DNA of 64,000 nt from Trichosphaerium sp. ATCC 40318. Lineage: Eukaryota; Protista; Tubulinea. Below the pieces are notes generated by a model that saw nothing but the letters and a program-made list of their open reading frames with translations, ran no database searches and was not told the DNA's origin. The stretch lies in contig JALMLS010000536.1 of the NCBI GenBank assembly GCA_038496445.1, positions 1-64,000 on the forward strand, given 5' to 3'. Positions 37,698 to 51,104 of the stretch are shown here, piece after piece (positions within the stretch are counted from its first letter, which is position 1; each line of letters starts with the position of its first letter). Both the position numbers and the translations under genes were made by a program.

Positions 37698-40088
37698 CTA
37701 TAGTTGAGCGCATTGTGCTTCTATTGACGGTATATTTAATTTTATATCTTCCAAATTATCAATCTTTTTAGGAAAGTTTAACTCAACTGCTAGAACATCA
37801 AGTAATAAAATATCTGCCTCACATTGTAGAATACTTGCAAGAGAAGGCACGGTACGACCAATATCACCATGAACAAACTCTTTAACATATCTAGAATGTC
37901 AAGGTAAAACCCAAAAAAACTGAGAAAAAAAGAAGAAAAAAAAAGGTTGAGTTAAAGGATACGTTCCTGCTTGTGTAACTAGGTTAACAGTCATGTGATG
38001 GTCGTCTACCATCTTACAAGATATATCATGAATCATTCTAGGTCTACAAAGTAGACTGCGTCTATGTAATACACGAATAGGTGTCATTTGTTCTACTGTA
38101 ATTTCCTTCATGGCGTTTACTTTATCAACGTCATCTTTTGTCAATGTTTTAGATACAGCAACAACACATTGATAACATTTCTTCTTTTCTGCTTCACCTT
38201 CACGTATAGATGTCACCATTTCTCTAATTAGAAAGTAAGATCAAGGACAAAGAAGGAAGAAACAAAAACCTTGAAAAACTGATACTTTAAGAATAAAACA
38301 GGAAAATGAACATCAGAAGCAAGGTGTATCGTCAACGTTTTGTTAGATGGTACACATATATTTTTGTAACGTACTTTGGTACCAATTGCAGATCAAGAAC
38401 AGCAAGTAATCCATTTGCTCCTGCGTTAATCTCATCACGCATCTTAAGCAGAACATCGCGTTTAACAGTCACTGTTTTAGCATTGATAAGCTCTAGAATA
38501 AAAGGTCTTCCACGTCCAAGCATTCTTACATCAACATCTTCACGACCAGAACTAGCAAGTTTATATGCTATAAAGCACGTAAGCATAAAGTATCAATATT
38601 TGGAGACGTACAAGCTGCGCTGAAGTATTTTAGTACAATAGGACCAAGAAGTTCTTGAACTGAAGATTCTGTTTTACGTGTTCCATCAGGAAGAATAAAA
38701 GGACTCTGACTTACATTCCTACTGGCCTTGATATACCGACCTTGAAAAAAAACCAAGTAAGACAAAGCAACGAAGAAACAAAAAGAAAGTCATAAAACTT
38801 TAAGAAGATGAAGAGTATAGTCCATGTCTCAAACTTATACAAGTCTTATTGACCATTCAGGCGGTATTACGCCATGGTCACTTCAAAAACCAACACGAAA
38901 ATAGAAGTGTACCTGCCAAGTAAATGGATGCTCTAGAAAAAGCTGTTTTAAACTCGCATACAGCTTTTACAGGTGATAGTGGCCATTTAACAAGTTGTTG
39001 AAACTCCTCTTTTGATAATCTCTGTAGTCTTGTACTAACTGTTTGTGCAGAGTGCATATTTGCCTTCTAAACAATAAGTTAGAAGAAAGGAGGATCTTCG
39101 CCTAAATCATGTCCTTTGCTTTACACAAGAGAGAATTGGTGTTTTTGTGTGTTTAAAGAACTCGCCTGGGCTTTACCAAAACCTACTTTTCTCTTTTTAG
39201 GTGCACGTTCATTAGCTTGTAATGAGTTTAACTCAACCTCTTCAGAAGTACAAGTAAAAGAAAGTTCAATATTAAAATCAGTCTAAAAATAGCGTATCAG
39301 TTACATATCACGTGACAGTATGTATTAACAAAGGAAACAGTGTTCATTTGACACGTGAAAAATTTGAGTAAAGAAGTATAGCATAATTACTATATCAGAT
39401 AGCGTACCCCGAACCTGAAGTCTTTGTCAATTGCTCTAGTCAAATATTTACCCAAACTCCATTTCATAACCTCCTTTACTTCTATTTGCTTGCCTCCCAT
39501 TGGCTCCTCTGAGAATGTTTCTACGTCACTAGTGCATAGAGTAAGTACAAGCACGGAATACAATTTCTTGAGTGTTTTTCGCTTATTTTGGGTTAAGAAG
39601 AAGCAAAGAATCTACGTACGGATATTCACCGCGTAGGTAGTACCATATAGCGTACTGACGGATTAGAATAGAGACAGGTATTCTCATCGCCAGTTGAAAT
39701 GTATTAAACTCGTAACCACACTCTTTGATATTGTTTACTAGGCGATCAACGTATTCTTTATCGTCAATAATATTGCAGAGATCAAAACATGCCAAACAAA
39801 TGTCTGGAGCTGATAAGCATATTATTTACGCCAAATTATGGCGTACTTGGCTTAGTTCTTGGACATTTAGTGTTTAGGTACGCCTCTAGCATCTAAATCT
39901 CTCATAAGGCGTTGAAACATACTATATCGTACATTTCCAGGTGCTCTGTACAGTTTAAAGTCTTGAACGTGCAGTAAGCGGTATATACAACGCGCACACG
40001 TTCCAATAGAGGCCAAGGCTGTAGCGGCATCAATAAACCACTTTTTCTCAAACTCTGGGGCCAAAATAGAGTTAACGTGCTCTTGCAT
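37698..40088 (-). CDS. PUS10: tRNA pseudouridine synthase Pus10
   Basis: CARC..CLACF zinc motif, GRYIKASRNVSQSPF, ASSGREDVDVRMLGRGRPFILE, QMTPIRVLHRR, TQAGTYVKEFVHGDIGRTVPSL. Confidence 0.95.
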
Positions 40089-40392
40089 GGTGACTTTTGT
40101 TCAAAATATCAAAAAATATTCAACAAAAACCTTGAAAACTGTTAAATTTGACATTCACAATCATACAACATATAACACGCAATTAACAAGTGTTCATACC
40201 TGTCAATACAGTATTTTGAGTTTTTTACGCGAATTGGCGTTGATTAAATGCTTGGTATTCTCTCACCAATGTCGTAGAAATAATCCGCGGTGGTGTAAAC
40301 GTAGTAGTTCGTGCAGAAAACTCATGTAATTTACGTTTTTTCAAAATTCTCAATAAAGAATTTGTAAGACGTTCATTTTACTATTTGCAAGG

Positions 40393-41931
40393 ATGGCAGA
40401 GAAACCATATGGAGATTCAATCGTTGAGGTGTTCGCACGCGGGCAGAAAATTGCTCTGCAGCTTGAAAAAACAACATTAGAGCCACAGAGCCAAGAATAT
40501 AAGGATCTTGTAGCTGAGGGTGTAGCTATGTTAAAGCGCGCCTTACAACTTATTGACTCTGAAAGTATTTTCTCAAAGAACGAGGAGATGGCTGATGTAC
40601 CTACCAACTCGTTGAAGTACGTTCTATTGCCGACTGAACGTCATTTTTGATTTTTTTATTGCTTGTGGCCATGTCCTTTATTAACTCGCGATTAGATACT
40701 TGTTGGTGCCTTTTTATCTTGGTAGAGTGTACTTGAAACCATTTTCGGCACCAGAACGTTACGACGCAGTCACCAATGCTAAAGTACTAACGGGTGTATA
40801 AAATAATGCTTATAAATTGTTCTAGCTTCTCCTCAATAATTTTTTACAAAACTGTGTAAACCTTGGCGTTATGACCAAGCAGGTACGTCCAAGTCTTATC
40901 ATTATGCATTTTGCGATGACCAATAAACAAAAAAGCAGTTGACAGGCAGTAATCGTTCACAGCTAATAAAACGGCTTCTAGGATATTGCCACATTCGAGC
41001 GAGAGGGCAAAGAAACAGCAGAAGAGCGTCGTAATGAAAAAATAGAAAGAGCAAACCGAGAAAAGAAAGCAGAAAAGCTTCTGAGAGTAAGCTTTAAATA
41101 AACCTTCTCTTAACAGCTTCATCACTAATACTCATCACTAGGATATCTTGACATTAAAGGTTAAACGTTCGCGTAAGGGCCAAGATGAAGGTGACGATGA
41201 TGAAGAACTTGAACGTCAACAAGCCAAGACACTGATCGAGGTATAATTTTTTTCACTCGTGACCAAAAGTTGTCTTTTTTTTTCCGTTTGGCAAGTCTTC
41301 TTAATGACTATTTAGATTGCTATTGGTAAAGCCCTTGATGAGTTTGTTGTTATACAACAAGAACTTGAGATTTTAGAGTTTATGCGTCTGAGAATCAAGG
41401 AAGGAAAGCCATTACCTAAATCCGAACCAAATCACAAAGCGGTATACTTCTTTTGTGTTTACTTGGACACCTGCTTAACTCTCTTTTATTAGCCACCATT
41501 CAAAACATTTAAAATTGATTCACGTGCTCAAGCACAAGATATATTCAATGCTCACTGGAGGCTTCCAACCAAGACATTAGAGGTACGCAAGAATTTCAAC
41601 TTTTTGGAAATAAAAAGATTGCTGCAAATACAACTGTTATTGACTACAATACTAGGAGCTTGCTGAAGAGGAAATCGCTGATATGAGACGTAGAGAAGCT
41701 AAGGATAAAATAGCGTATGTTTGCTTTGTAAAGCCCTTATTTCTTGGCGTGTTGTAGGAGTAAATGTTGTTGTTAATGTTTCTTAGTGAAGAAAAAGAGA
41801 AAAAAAGGCTTGAGGAGCTTGGTTCTGATGAAGATGAAGACCAACTTAAGAAAGACCGTGAATGGGATGCCTGGAAAGACGACCATCCATGGGGCGAAGG
41901 AAATACTGGCACTAAGGGCTATTCATACTAG
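40393..41931 (+). CDS. TAP42: TAP42/alpha4 (IGBP1) PP2A regulatory subunit
   Basis: IFSKNEEMADVPTNSLKYLLVPFYLG, DDEELER, LPTKTLEELAEEE, DREWDAWKDDHPWGEGN. Confidence 0.9.
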
Positions 41932-42184
41932 GAAATTATCCCGAGTGTTTTTAGCCTTTTTTTTCGAAAGATAATTGTCTCTGTTTCGTTCCAAAATAAT
42001 TCAAAACCCCTACATAATTCCCTTAATACCACCTGTATTTTCAGTGTTTAACCAATAATTAAAGCAGTTACATTGAACGCAAGTCTATTTTTACTTGATT
42101 GTTAATTAAGGCAGACAGTTTTTTTTTTCACGTGTTTACAATATTATTCTGCCATTGCTTGAACAACATTTGCGAGATTAAACG

Positions 42185-43573
42185 ATGCTTAGTTCTTCAG
42201 AGTATGTTCTTACATTAATTAGGCCGTTTATGGCTCAATTAAACGTAAACCCTGTTTATTGTGCTGACAATATGCGTAGGCCATTAGAATTGGTTTATCT
42301 GCCAACAGAAATAATATTTTGTATTCTGGTATTTTTGGGCAAGAAATGCCGTATATCTGCCACGTTTGTTTGTAAACTGTTTTCTACAATCATCCTAGAG
42401 CATTTGGGGTATTTAAAGCTGACTGTCAAGTCAAGAGAAGATCTATTCAAACTAAACGGAAGTCCTCTTTTGAAAAATACGAAAATAGTTATTCGTGGCA
42501 ATTTTACAATGAGTGATGATGACTTTAAAACTATCTCTGGTGTCCGTCACCTCCATATAAGGGATTATATTTCGTTAACAGAAGCTATGTTAGAACATAT
42601 TTCAGGCGTACATTCTCTGAAACTACATACAAAAGAAAGTAGTTGCAGTTTTAAATCACTTCATGGTATTCATACACTAAGGATACCATTTGGGTATGTA
42701 GAAGATGACTGGCTTCAACAACTTGGCGGTATTCACACAGTTGATATTACAGGGACGGATATAACAGATAAAGGACTTTCGGCACTCTCTGGAGTCCACA
42801 CTATCGATGTATCCAGTTGCTTCAGAATTACTGACAAAGGTGTTATTGCCATCTCAGGTAATGTACACAAGATAAAGCTTGGCAGATGCAATATTACTGA
42901 TAAAAGTGTAAAAGCACTAACAAACACAAGTTTCATATCCTTCCGTGACTGCAAGAAAATTACTGATGAAGGAGTAAAGTATTTATTGACACGAAATCAA
43001 ACAACAAAGAAGATTAAAAAAATTAAACTTGACGGCTGCACTCAAATATCAAATGATGTGTTGAAACTTTTGGCAGGTATACCGTGTATAGGGCTTGGTG
43101 GTTGTACACAACTAAAAGATGATACTCTATCATGTTTAGTTGGTGTACATCACATTGACTTGGTTGGTTGTACCTCTATAACAAATGATGGGATAAAACA
43201 ATTGGCAGGTGTAAAAGTCATTGATATTTCATGGCTTAATTGTGTTGATGACAGTACTTTAAAGGCACTCGCTGGAGTACATACAATTTTGCTTGATAAT
43301 ACACCTGTGACAGATAAAGGATTACAATACTTGGTTGGTGTTAAATTCATAAGTCTTAGACACTGTAGGCACATAAGTGACAAAGGAGTGAACAGTCTTA
43401 TTGGTGTTAAGAAACTTCATCTCGAAGGCTGCGCACAAATCACAAATGATGGTATTGTTAATTTAACAAGCCTTGATCAAATTGCGATTGATGCTACTCA
43501 AATAACAAAGGAAATGATAGACGTTCTAGGATGCCAAATTCCCACCATGCTACACTTTTGGCCTGATTTTTAA
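42185..43573 (+). CDS. F-box + LRR protein, copy B (full length)
   Basis: 462-aa open frame; F-box LVYLPTEIIFCILVFL followed by AMN1/RNI-like LRRs. Confidence 0.9.
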   Translation: MLSSSEYVLTLIRPFMAQLNVNPVYCADNMRRPLELVYLPTEIIFCILVFLGKKCRISATFVCKLFSTIILEHLGYLKLTVKSREDLFKLNGSPLLKNTKIVIRGNFTMSDDDFKTISGVRHLHIRDYISLTEAMLEHISGVHSLKLHTKESSCSFKSLHGIHTLRIPFGYVEDDWLQQLGGIHTVDITGTDITDKGLSALSGVHTIDVSSCFRITDKGVIAISGNVHKIKLGRCNITDKSVKALTNTSFISFRDCKKITDEGVKYLLTRNQTTKKIKKIKLDGCTQISNDVLKLLAGIPCIGLGGCTQLKDDTLSCLVGVHHIDLVGCTSITNDGIKQLAGVKVIDISWLNCVDDSTLKALAGVHTILLDNTPVTDKGLQYLVGVKFISLRHCRHISDKGVNSLIGVKKLHLEGCAQITNDGIVNLTSLDQIAIDATQITKEMIDVLGCQIPTMLHFWPDF

Positions 43574-43798
43574 CTAGTCAACAGCACAAAGGCAGGTATA
43601 CAATCTATTGCCATTGTTCATCACCAAGCCATCGTGTAAACAAGTACTCAATAAAGGTAGACAAATTAAGCAGATATACATGTCGAGTCTGACCGTGGAC
43701 TGTAATGTACTTTCCATTACAAGTTTTTCTAGCCAAAACCCTTTTTCTTGAATACAAAACTGTACTGGAAACCTAACGTGTTTTGAATTTATATCCTT

Positions 43799-45652
43799 AT
43801 GCTAGCAACACGTGCATTTCTCGGAGTGCGTTTTATAATGTATATAAATGGATTTACAAGCGTAGGTCGTTATAATTGTAATAAGTTCATCCGCTTTCGC
43901 TCAGGAGTCCCGAAAGAGTACTTTTAGGGCACTGATGGATGTAAACTTCCCTGGTATTGATAAAAACACAGGCGTAAAGAAAAGCTATCAGGGTAATTTG
44001 TAACGGAACAATTTCGTTTTTTTTTTGTTTTGAGTTAACTCGGGCTGTTAGGGTACTTGTTGTACGACTGGGAGAGAAATTATTATGAAGAAGAACTCCA
44101 AATAAATTCAGGACATGGAGTTGAAGAATTTGTACAAGTTATAGATTACGATAAGGTACTTGAAGCGTATGGAGTGAACGACAAGTCGTTTTTTTTTTGT
44201 GTTACGGAAGTTTTGTTTTTGGGTTGTTTTGAATTTTTACACGTGATTTATCGTTACTAATCACGTGATAAGCGCGAAAGACAGACGTATTGGAATAATT
44301 CATGTTCATTTACGAATGTTCTTTCCCAGACACTTCTTCCAGTTGCTATGCCTCATTTGCCTATTTTTTTTACACCGTTTAATGATACGGATCATATTCA
44401 GCCTATAAATAATACAATTTCTGATCAACAAGCCGAATGGTGGTTCAAAAATGGCGACACAATGACGAGACTTATAGTAGGATTACCTGATAATGAGGTA
44501 CTTATAATTAACCTAATAAATGGGGAAGAAGAGTAACTGATTCGAAGTGTATTAGATGATAACTGCTGATGTTTTTGTTGCAAATACTTTAGTTCGTACA
44601 ATGAAATTCGTTTGGTTTTATGACGAGGCAGAGTTCTTCCATAAGAATATAACAGAGGACGAGTGTATTCCTGAGCGCGAATGTGAATCGAACTGTATGG
44701 GATTATGCTTATCAGGAAGCTGCACGTAAGTTGATTTCTTCAACAGCCATTTTTCTTTATGTTTACAAAAACGCTATTAGATGTGTCGGTAATAGAATAC
44801 CTCCGCTTTGTACTATTCCTCCTACAGATGCGCCATATTCAACAACAGAACCACCTACTAGAAGGTAAAAATGTTAAGTACATAGTATTGACTAACGTAA
44901 CTTTTACAGTCCACCTTCTGAAGCTGCTACTGAAGAACCTGAAGGAGTGCGCATACAAAATTGTTTTTCATGTCTTCGTTCTTCTCATTGCTTATCCGTG
45001 GTAGCTTATTCTGGGCGCTCTTACCTATGGCATCATAATAATGTTTTGTTTCCTTGGCTTAGGCGTATGCGTCATTGTAATAAGTACGACTGGGTTTTTT
45101 TTGTAAACCTTGTTTGTTGACTAGCTATTCTAATTGGTTATCTCCAGTCATTTGCGTGATTGTTGTAAAAGAAGCAACACCTGAAGTATTTGAACAAGTA
45201 GGTGAGGTATTAAACCAATCAAGTAGTGGTGATGACTATGAATCCGATGAAGGATTACTTTATGGTACAAGAGGAGTTTTACTGTCAAAGAACAAACTCA
45301 CGTGTTTTGTAACGTTGCTCATGTTTTTGTTTTTTTTTAGGTCCTAGAGATCAAGAGTTACCTACTGGACAGGAAAAAGATGATGGTGTTGATTTATTTG
45401 ACTCTGGTATGGAATCTAGAGGCAGCGGTTGGTTTAACGCCCTAAGGCATCAAATGATAAATGACAGGGTAAGAGTTTATTGCAGCTGTTTTTAGTTTAT
45501 TTCTGATTATGGTCTTGTAGAGGCGTACTGGAACTAGTAGTATGGTTGAGCTTGATACTCTTGGTTCAATATCAGGAAGTCAAAGTACAATTGGCGCTGG
45601 AGATACATTTGTACCTCTCAGAGAAAGACAAAATACTCTTGACTTGTTGTAA
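43799..45652 (+). CDS. Type I membrane glycoprotein (signal peptide, ependymin-like beta region, Cys-rich segment, TM, acidic tail)
   Basis: MLATRAFLGVVIIVISSSAFA; YQGYLLYDWERN; CIPERECESNCMGLCLSGSC; TM YGIIIMFCFLGLGVCVIV. The ependymin resemblance is weak. Confidence 0.6.
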
Positions 45653-45815
45653 AATAGTAAACCTTGTTATGTACTTTCTGTATTTTTTAATTAGTACTAT
45701 GAAGGTCTATCAAATAGCACACGTATAAAACCACAAGCCTTTGATTACTATCACAAGCGTCTTACCATCTTTGTTGAGTTATACATCAATGTGAGCTCTT
45801 GTTCAGCTTTCTAGT

Positions 45816-45871
45816 TATACCTGCCAACAGTTTCAACACGTCATTTGATAGTTGAGTGCAGCCATCAAGTT
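45816..45871 (-). repeat. Orphan single-LRR DNA cassette from the A-D family
   Basis: Reverse complement AACTTGATGGCTGCACTCAACTATCAAATGACGTGTTGAAACTGTTGGCAGGTATA is nearly identical to 43026-43081 (LDGCTQ-SNDVLKLLAGI); the flanks are unrelated. Confidence 0.85.
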
Positions 45872-46273
45872 CGCTTTGAGACCGTAAAACAAGCATGCGC
45901 ATGATATTGCAAAACTTATTGGTGTAGCATATCTTTTGTATGAAGCAATGTGGATGATGTGAACAAGTTGGAAGCTTGCTTAAATCTGTAGTGTATTGAC
46001 TCATTTAAATAACAGCTCTTAGCAATACTTAACGGCTGTACTGGCTTTCCACGCTGTGTACTAATAATTACATCGAAAAAAATCACCATCCCAGCTTGCC
46101 CGATCAGGCTCCTCTAGATCGTTTTGGTTAGTCAGGTGGGCTAAACTACTTAAATGTACTAAAACTATTTTCGTAACATCACGTGTACCATTTATTTTCT
46201 TGTAACCGGACAAGATTAGTCAATTAAGTTAAAAGCCTTACGCTAATAGACATGCCTGAGATTACAAAGGAGC

Positions 46274-47744
46274 ATGGATCACAATCTAATACATGTACCA
46301 GAGTACGTTATACCTTTGTTCTCTTATAAATCGCTAAATATACCATTAAATCATTGTGTTGGCTAATTTGGTGTTTTAAAGACCATTAGAGTTACTTTGT
46401 TTACCAACAGAAATTCTATTTTGTATTCTGGCTCTATTGGGTAAACGTTGCCGTATATCCGCCACATTTGTTTGTAAATTGTTTTCTACAATCATTTTAA
46501 ATCATTTGGGGTACAAACAGATCAAAGTCAGGTCAAGGAAAAATCTTCAAACGCTGACCAAAAGTCCTCTGTTAAAAAACACAAAAATTGTGATTTACAA
46601 TCGTTTACTTAAGATGACTGTTGATGACTTTAATTGCCTATCTGGTGTCCATCACTTAAAAATACAAGAGAAGACCTTATTAACAGATGCTATGTTAAAC
46701 AACATTTCAGGTGTACATAACCTTGTACTACGTATACGTGATGATGCACATAAGCTCGAAATACATAATAATGGACTTAAGTCACTATGTGGTATTCATA
46801 CATTGGACATATCATACGGGTATTTAAAAGATGAATGGCTTCAAGACCTTGGCAAAATACATACAATAAATGTTTCTGGGACTGATATAACAGACAATGG
46901 ATTGGTAATGCTTTCTGGAGTCCACACTATTAATTTATTCAATTGCTCCAAAATTACTGACAAAGGTGTTATTGCCATTTCACGTGATGTCCATAAAATA
47001 CAGCTTTCTTATTGTGATATTACTGATAAAAGTTTAAAAGCACTAACAAATGCAAGTTTCATATCTTTTAATGACTGCAAGAAAATTACTGATGAAGGAG
47101 TAAAGTATTTATTGACACGAAATCAAACAACAAAGACAATTAAAAAAATTAAACTTGATTTCTGCACTCAAATATCAAACGATACACTAAAGCTGTTGGC
47201 AGGTATACCATGTATAGAGATGTATGGTTGTACACAACTAAAAGATGATACTCTATCATGTTTAGTTGGTGTACGTCACATTAACTTGGGTATGTGTAAA
47301 TCAGGTGTACACCATATTTACTTGGGTATGTGCAAATCTTTAACAAATGATGGGATAAAACAATTGGCAGGTGTAAAAGTCATTGATATTTCTGATTTTG
47401 CTTGTGTTGATGACAGTACTTTAAAGGCACTCGCTGGAGTACATACAATTTATCTTGATAATACATCTGTGACAGATAAAGGATTACAATACTTGGTTGG
47501 TGTTAAAGTCATAAGTCTTAGACGTTGTAGGTACATAAGTGACAAAGGAGTGAACAGTCTTATTGGTGTTAAGAGAATTAACCTAAGAGGGTGCTCACAA
47601 ATCACAAATGATGGTATTGTTAATTTAAAGGGCCTTCATCAAATTGAACATATTGACACCCAAATAACAGAAAAGATGGTTCAAAATCTAGTAGAGGAAG
47701 TAGAAACATGGGGCTTCTGGCCAAGTTTTTTTGAAAGTTATTAA
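46274..47744 (+). CDS. F-box + LRR protein, copy C (full length, one 5' intron)
   Basis: ATG 46274 and intron about 46303-46381 give MDHNLIHVPEPLELLCLPTEILFCILALL (F-box) followed by LRRs; the 3' half is near-identical to copies A, B and D. Confidence 0.9.
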
Positions 47745-48088
47745 TAAAGTTATGCTTTGGACTACATTTCGAAATTTGGCAAGATTCACTAGTTGCTAAG
47801 AAACTCCACTTTTAAACGCCCTTGAGTACCATTTCAAAAAAAGCTTATTTGTAGTCTAACCAATTTCGAATATCAAAAGTACTGTACTTAACTCAGCCTA
47901 TACCTTTATACATTAGAAGATTCTTAGGCTAACCTACTTGCCGTTTATCTATATTACACAACCGCAGTATCGGTTAAGATTCTGTTATCGGAATTCTTTA
48001 CAATCTGTGTTCCACGCTTTTCAAAAAAAAGTCAATTTTCATACTATTATTTACACATTCTGAGCTGTTACACGTTTTATAAAACGAT

Positions 48089-48873
48089 ATGACAAGTAAA
48101 GGAGAGTATCACGTGCGGGTTAGGTTAATGTTTGCAGGTACACGTGTAATCCTATCGAAGACGTACGAACTAAGTTTTTAAACTTACTTCTTGCTACAGA
48201 GAATCTACCCAACATGGACATTACAGGGGATAGCGACCCATACTGTAAAGTTTATTTTGGACAAAATAAAAAACCAAAGCTTACTAGCGTTATCGATAAT
48301 ACTAATAGACCTATATGGAACGAAACAGTAGCGTACGTATTCGATTTTACATCTTTTTATAGTTTTACTTTTTGTTTTTTGTTAAAAATCATCCTCACGT
48401 GATCTACCACGTGATAAAACAGGTGTAATTTGTACTGTACATAAAATACCGCTTCAGGTTTTTAAATCATTGCTGGAACGCCTATTTTCGCGTTTGTGCA
48501 TTCAAGGAAAGCGTTTGTAGTGCAAACAATATAAGTTCGGAAATGTTGGGCTGTTTTAGGGCCAAAAAGAAAGGAAAACAAATTTATCTTGATTAAGATT
48601 TCGTAGGGATACAATAAAAAGTGCTGATAAACTATGGGTAGAAGTATTTGATAAGGATAGATGGAATCCAGATGATTTTATGGGCAGAACGGCTCCTATA
48701 AGATTTGATAGTCTCAAAACAGGAAACGAAGTACAAATCCATGTTTGCAACTCAGTTAACTAACACGTGACTGTTTTAAGCATGTTGCTTGGTATGACCT
48801 ACTAGACGAGAAGTGTAAAAAGAAGCCTGGATTAGGACGTATTCGTATAGGATTAGAACTTCACCAAGGATAG
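48089..48873 (+). CDS. Single C2-domain protein
   Basis: VRLMFAENLPNMDITGDSDPYCKV..TSVIDNTNRPIWNE..LWVEVFDKDRWNPDDFMG; Ca-binding Asp residues are retained. Confidence 0.9.
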
Positions 48874-49124
48874 GCAAATACTCCTCAAAGCCTACCTTCT
48901 TCTGTACAGATAAATTAAAAAAAATAAACCAGTTATCCGATAACATAATCGTGTGTACAAATACTTGATGAGCAATATTTTTTGGTGTTGTATAATGTTG
49001 TATTGCTAACGGTAAATATGGTAGAAGTAAAGTGAAGTATGCGATGTGACAAGCACAGGTGAGGAAATTACGGATGAAAGAGTGAGGTTTTATTAAACGC
49101 ATACAAGATCGCAGTACAGCGCTT

Positions 49125-50381
49125 TTATTTTCCCCAGGTGATAGTTGCATTGCGGTTTTTAACATCAACCCAAACAGTAGTACCTGAAGCAAATGAACGA
49201 GTGTAAATGTAACCATTTTTAGTGGCATCACTCTTTGGTTCTCCAAGTTTGTTGTCATATTCCTTGTGCCATGATAGACCAGTAAGGCTCCAAGGGAACC
49301 GTTTATCTTGGTATGAAAAGTATGATAGCTCTCCCATTGAAACGAGGTATGTCGCTAGTCCGAACTCAAAGTCATCCTGAGTCAATCCAATGACGTGAAT
49401 TTGTGTCAGTTGCTTTCTGTGAAACAAAGAATGAGTACAAGGTTTTTTTTTTGGTTTTAACTTACCTTTTAGTGTTACCTTGCGCTGCTGTAATGTCCAT
49501 CACACATTGGTCTGGGTCATATTTTGTTTCATCTCCGTATTCACTGCAGAAGGTATCCGTTAACATCATTGCATTTGCATTCTTCCAATCTTCTGGCACA
49601 ATAGCTGCTGTTTCCTTTGCCAAAATAATATGGTCCTCAGTTACGTTCCCTTGAAGCTCTTTGAAGAGCGCTTCGCCGCCTTCAGCAACTTTAAGGAACA
49701 TATCTCTAGTCCACCCTTTGGCGCCCTTATTTAGGTTGTACATTTCTCTGGCCCAGTCGCCTCTATCAAAGAAACAACCATCAAAGCTCTTCAAAAAAAC
49801 CAAAATAAGCTTCAAAAAAAATATCACGTGATAAGTCAAGGATAAACTTACGCTTTTAATTCCTTCCATGCAATCTTTAATAATAAGGTCGCGCATCTCG
49901 GGGTTACTTAAATCAAAGGCTGTCATGCCGGCTAAATGAGGAAAAGGAGCGAAGCTTCCGTTAGGGTACGAAACAAGTAAATCAGTACGTCCAAGCGTCT
50001 TGTTGTACAAAGAAAACTCTGGGAAGTTTATAGCAGAATTGTAGTACCTAAAAATAGTAAGAAAAAAACCCGTTGACGCAAGAGAACGTACATAAGCGTA
50101 AATACTTTTGGATTTGTGTTTTTAATTTGCTTAGAAGCTTCGATGAATCGCTCCTCCTGTGTTAGCGGTAAACGTCTCCCTTGTTTTTTATCAAACTGCA
50201 CAATTTGAAACTTTGTCAAAAAATCAAGCTCTGTTTCGTTATATGGTGTCGTTTTGGTCACGTGAGCAAAGACAGGTATTGTTTCGAATGAAAACATTGG
50301 TGGTTTTTGCACTGCAGGGTATCCTACCGTGTAGGTAATCGATAATATAACCACAAGTACGAAAATGAATACTGGTGACAT
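49125..50381 (-). CDS. Secreted putative glycoside hydrolase (GHL15/GH168-like TIM barrel)
   Basis: Signal peptide; PMFSFETIPVFAH..IVQFDKKQG..EERFIEASKQIKNTNPKV, FDLSNPEMRD, FDGCFFDR, WHKEYDNKLGEPKSDATKNGYIYTRSFASGTTVWVD. Confidence 0.75.
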
Positions 50382-51104
50382 CAGGAAAGCGGCCTACAAT
50401 TTCTTACGAACAGTTGTTTGACATTTCGTTTAAGTGCGTGTGAATCGCAATTGTTTCAAGCCACAGAATACCAGGAGTTATAGGTGGCTGTGGTACGGTA
50501 CCGTATGAGTCGGCTACAAAACCTGTAGCCTGTTAACCGACGGCTAAGAAAATCAGCAACAAAAACTGTAATCGGTTAACCGTTTTAAAAAGGTGAGATT
50601 TTGTTGGTGTTGTACCAATGCACCACATGCTTTTTTAAGGTTCTACGCGCTCTCACTGGCTTTGTAGTTCGTTTGCGTTCGATACGTAGGTCCAAAAGCC
50701 TCGTATCAAGCAAAAAAGCAGAAATGGTTTGAGGTTTTCCCGTATTGTTATAAGCCACTACCGGAGTAGAATAATCTTTCGTGTTATTATGACATAACAG
50801 ATAGGAAAACTACTCCTTCTCATGCAACCAAATAACTGTCTAAACTGTATTACATATACTTCTCAAACACAAAGGCTATACATCCTTCAAAAGGCTTCAT
50901 GTACCTCAAGTCGCCTGATGCTTTCTTCTAGTCCGAAGATTATTGCGCTAAACGCTTTTGCGCTAGTCTCCTATACATTGTGTCCCTCTCAGAGACGCAA
51001 CACTAACTAATACGATGTGTTCAGCATAAAACTGTATTCGTTGAATAAGCTTTGACTTGTAATCAGTTGTTTACCACACTTCCCAAATCAAACGTTCTTG
51101 CCTA

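Noticed and set aside
42185-47744. Diversity-generating retroelement as the cause of LRR variability
   Set aside because: No reverse transcriptase in the window. Differences include non-adenine changes (TGT/CGT, TCT/CCT, GTG/CTG) and shared multi-base patches, and no invariant template repeat is evident.
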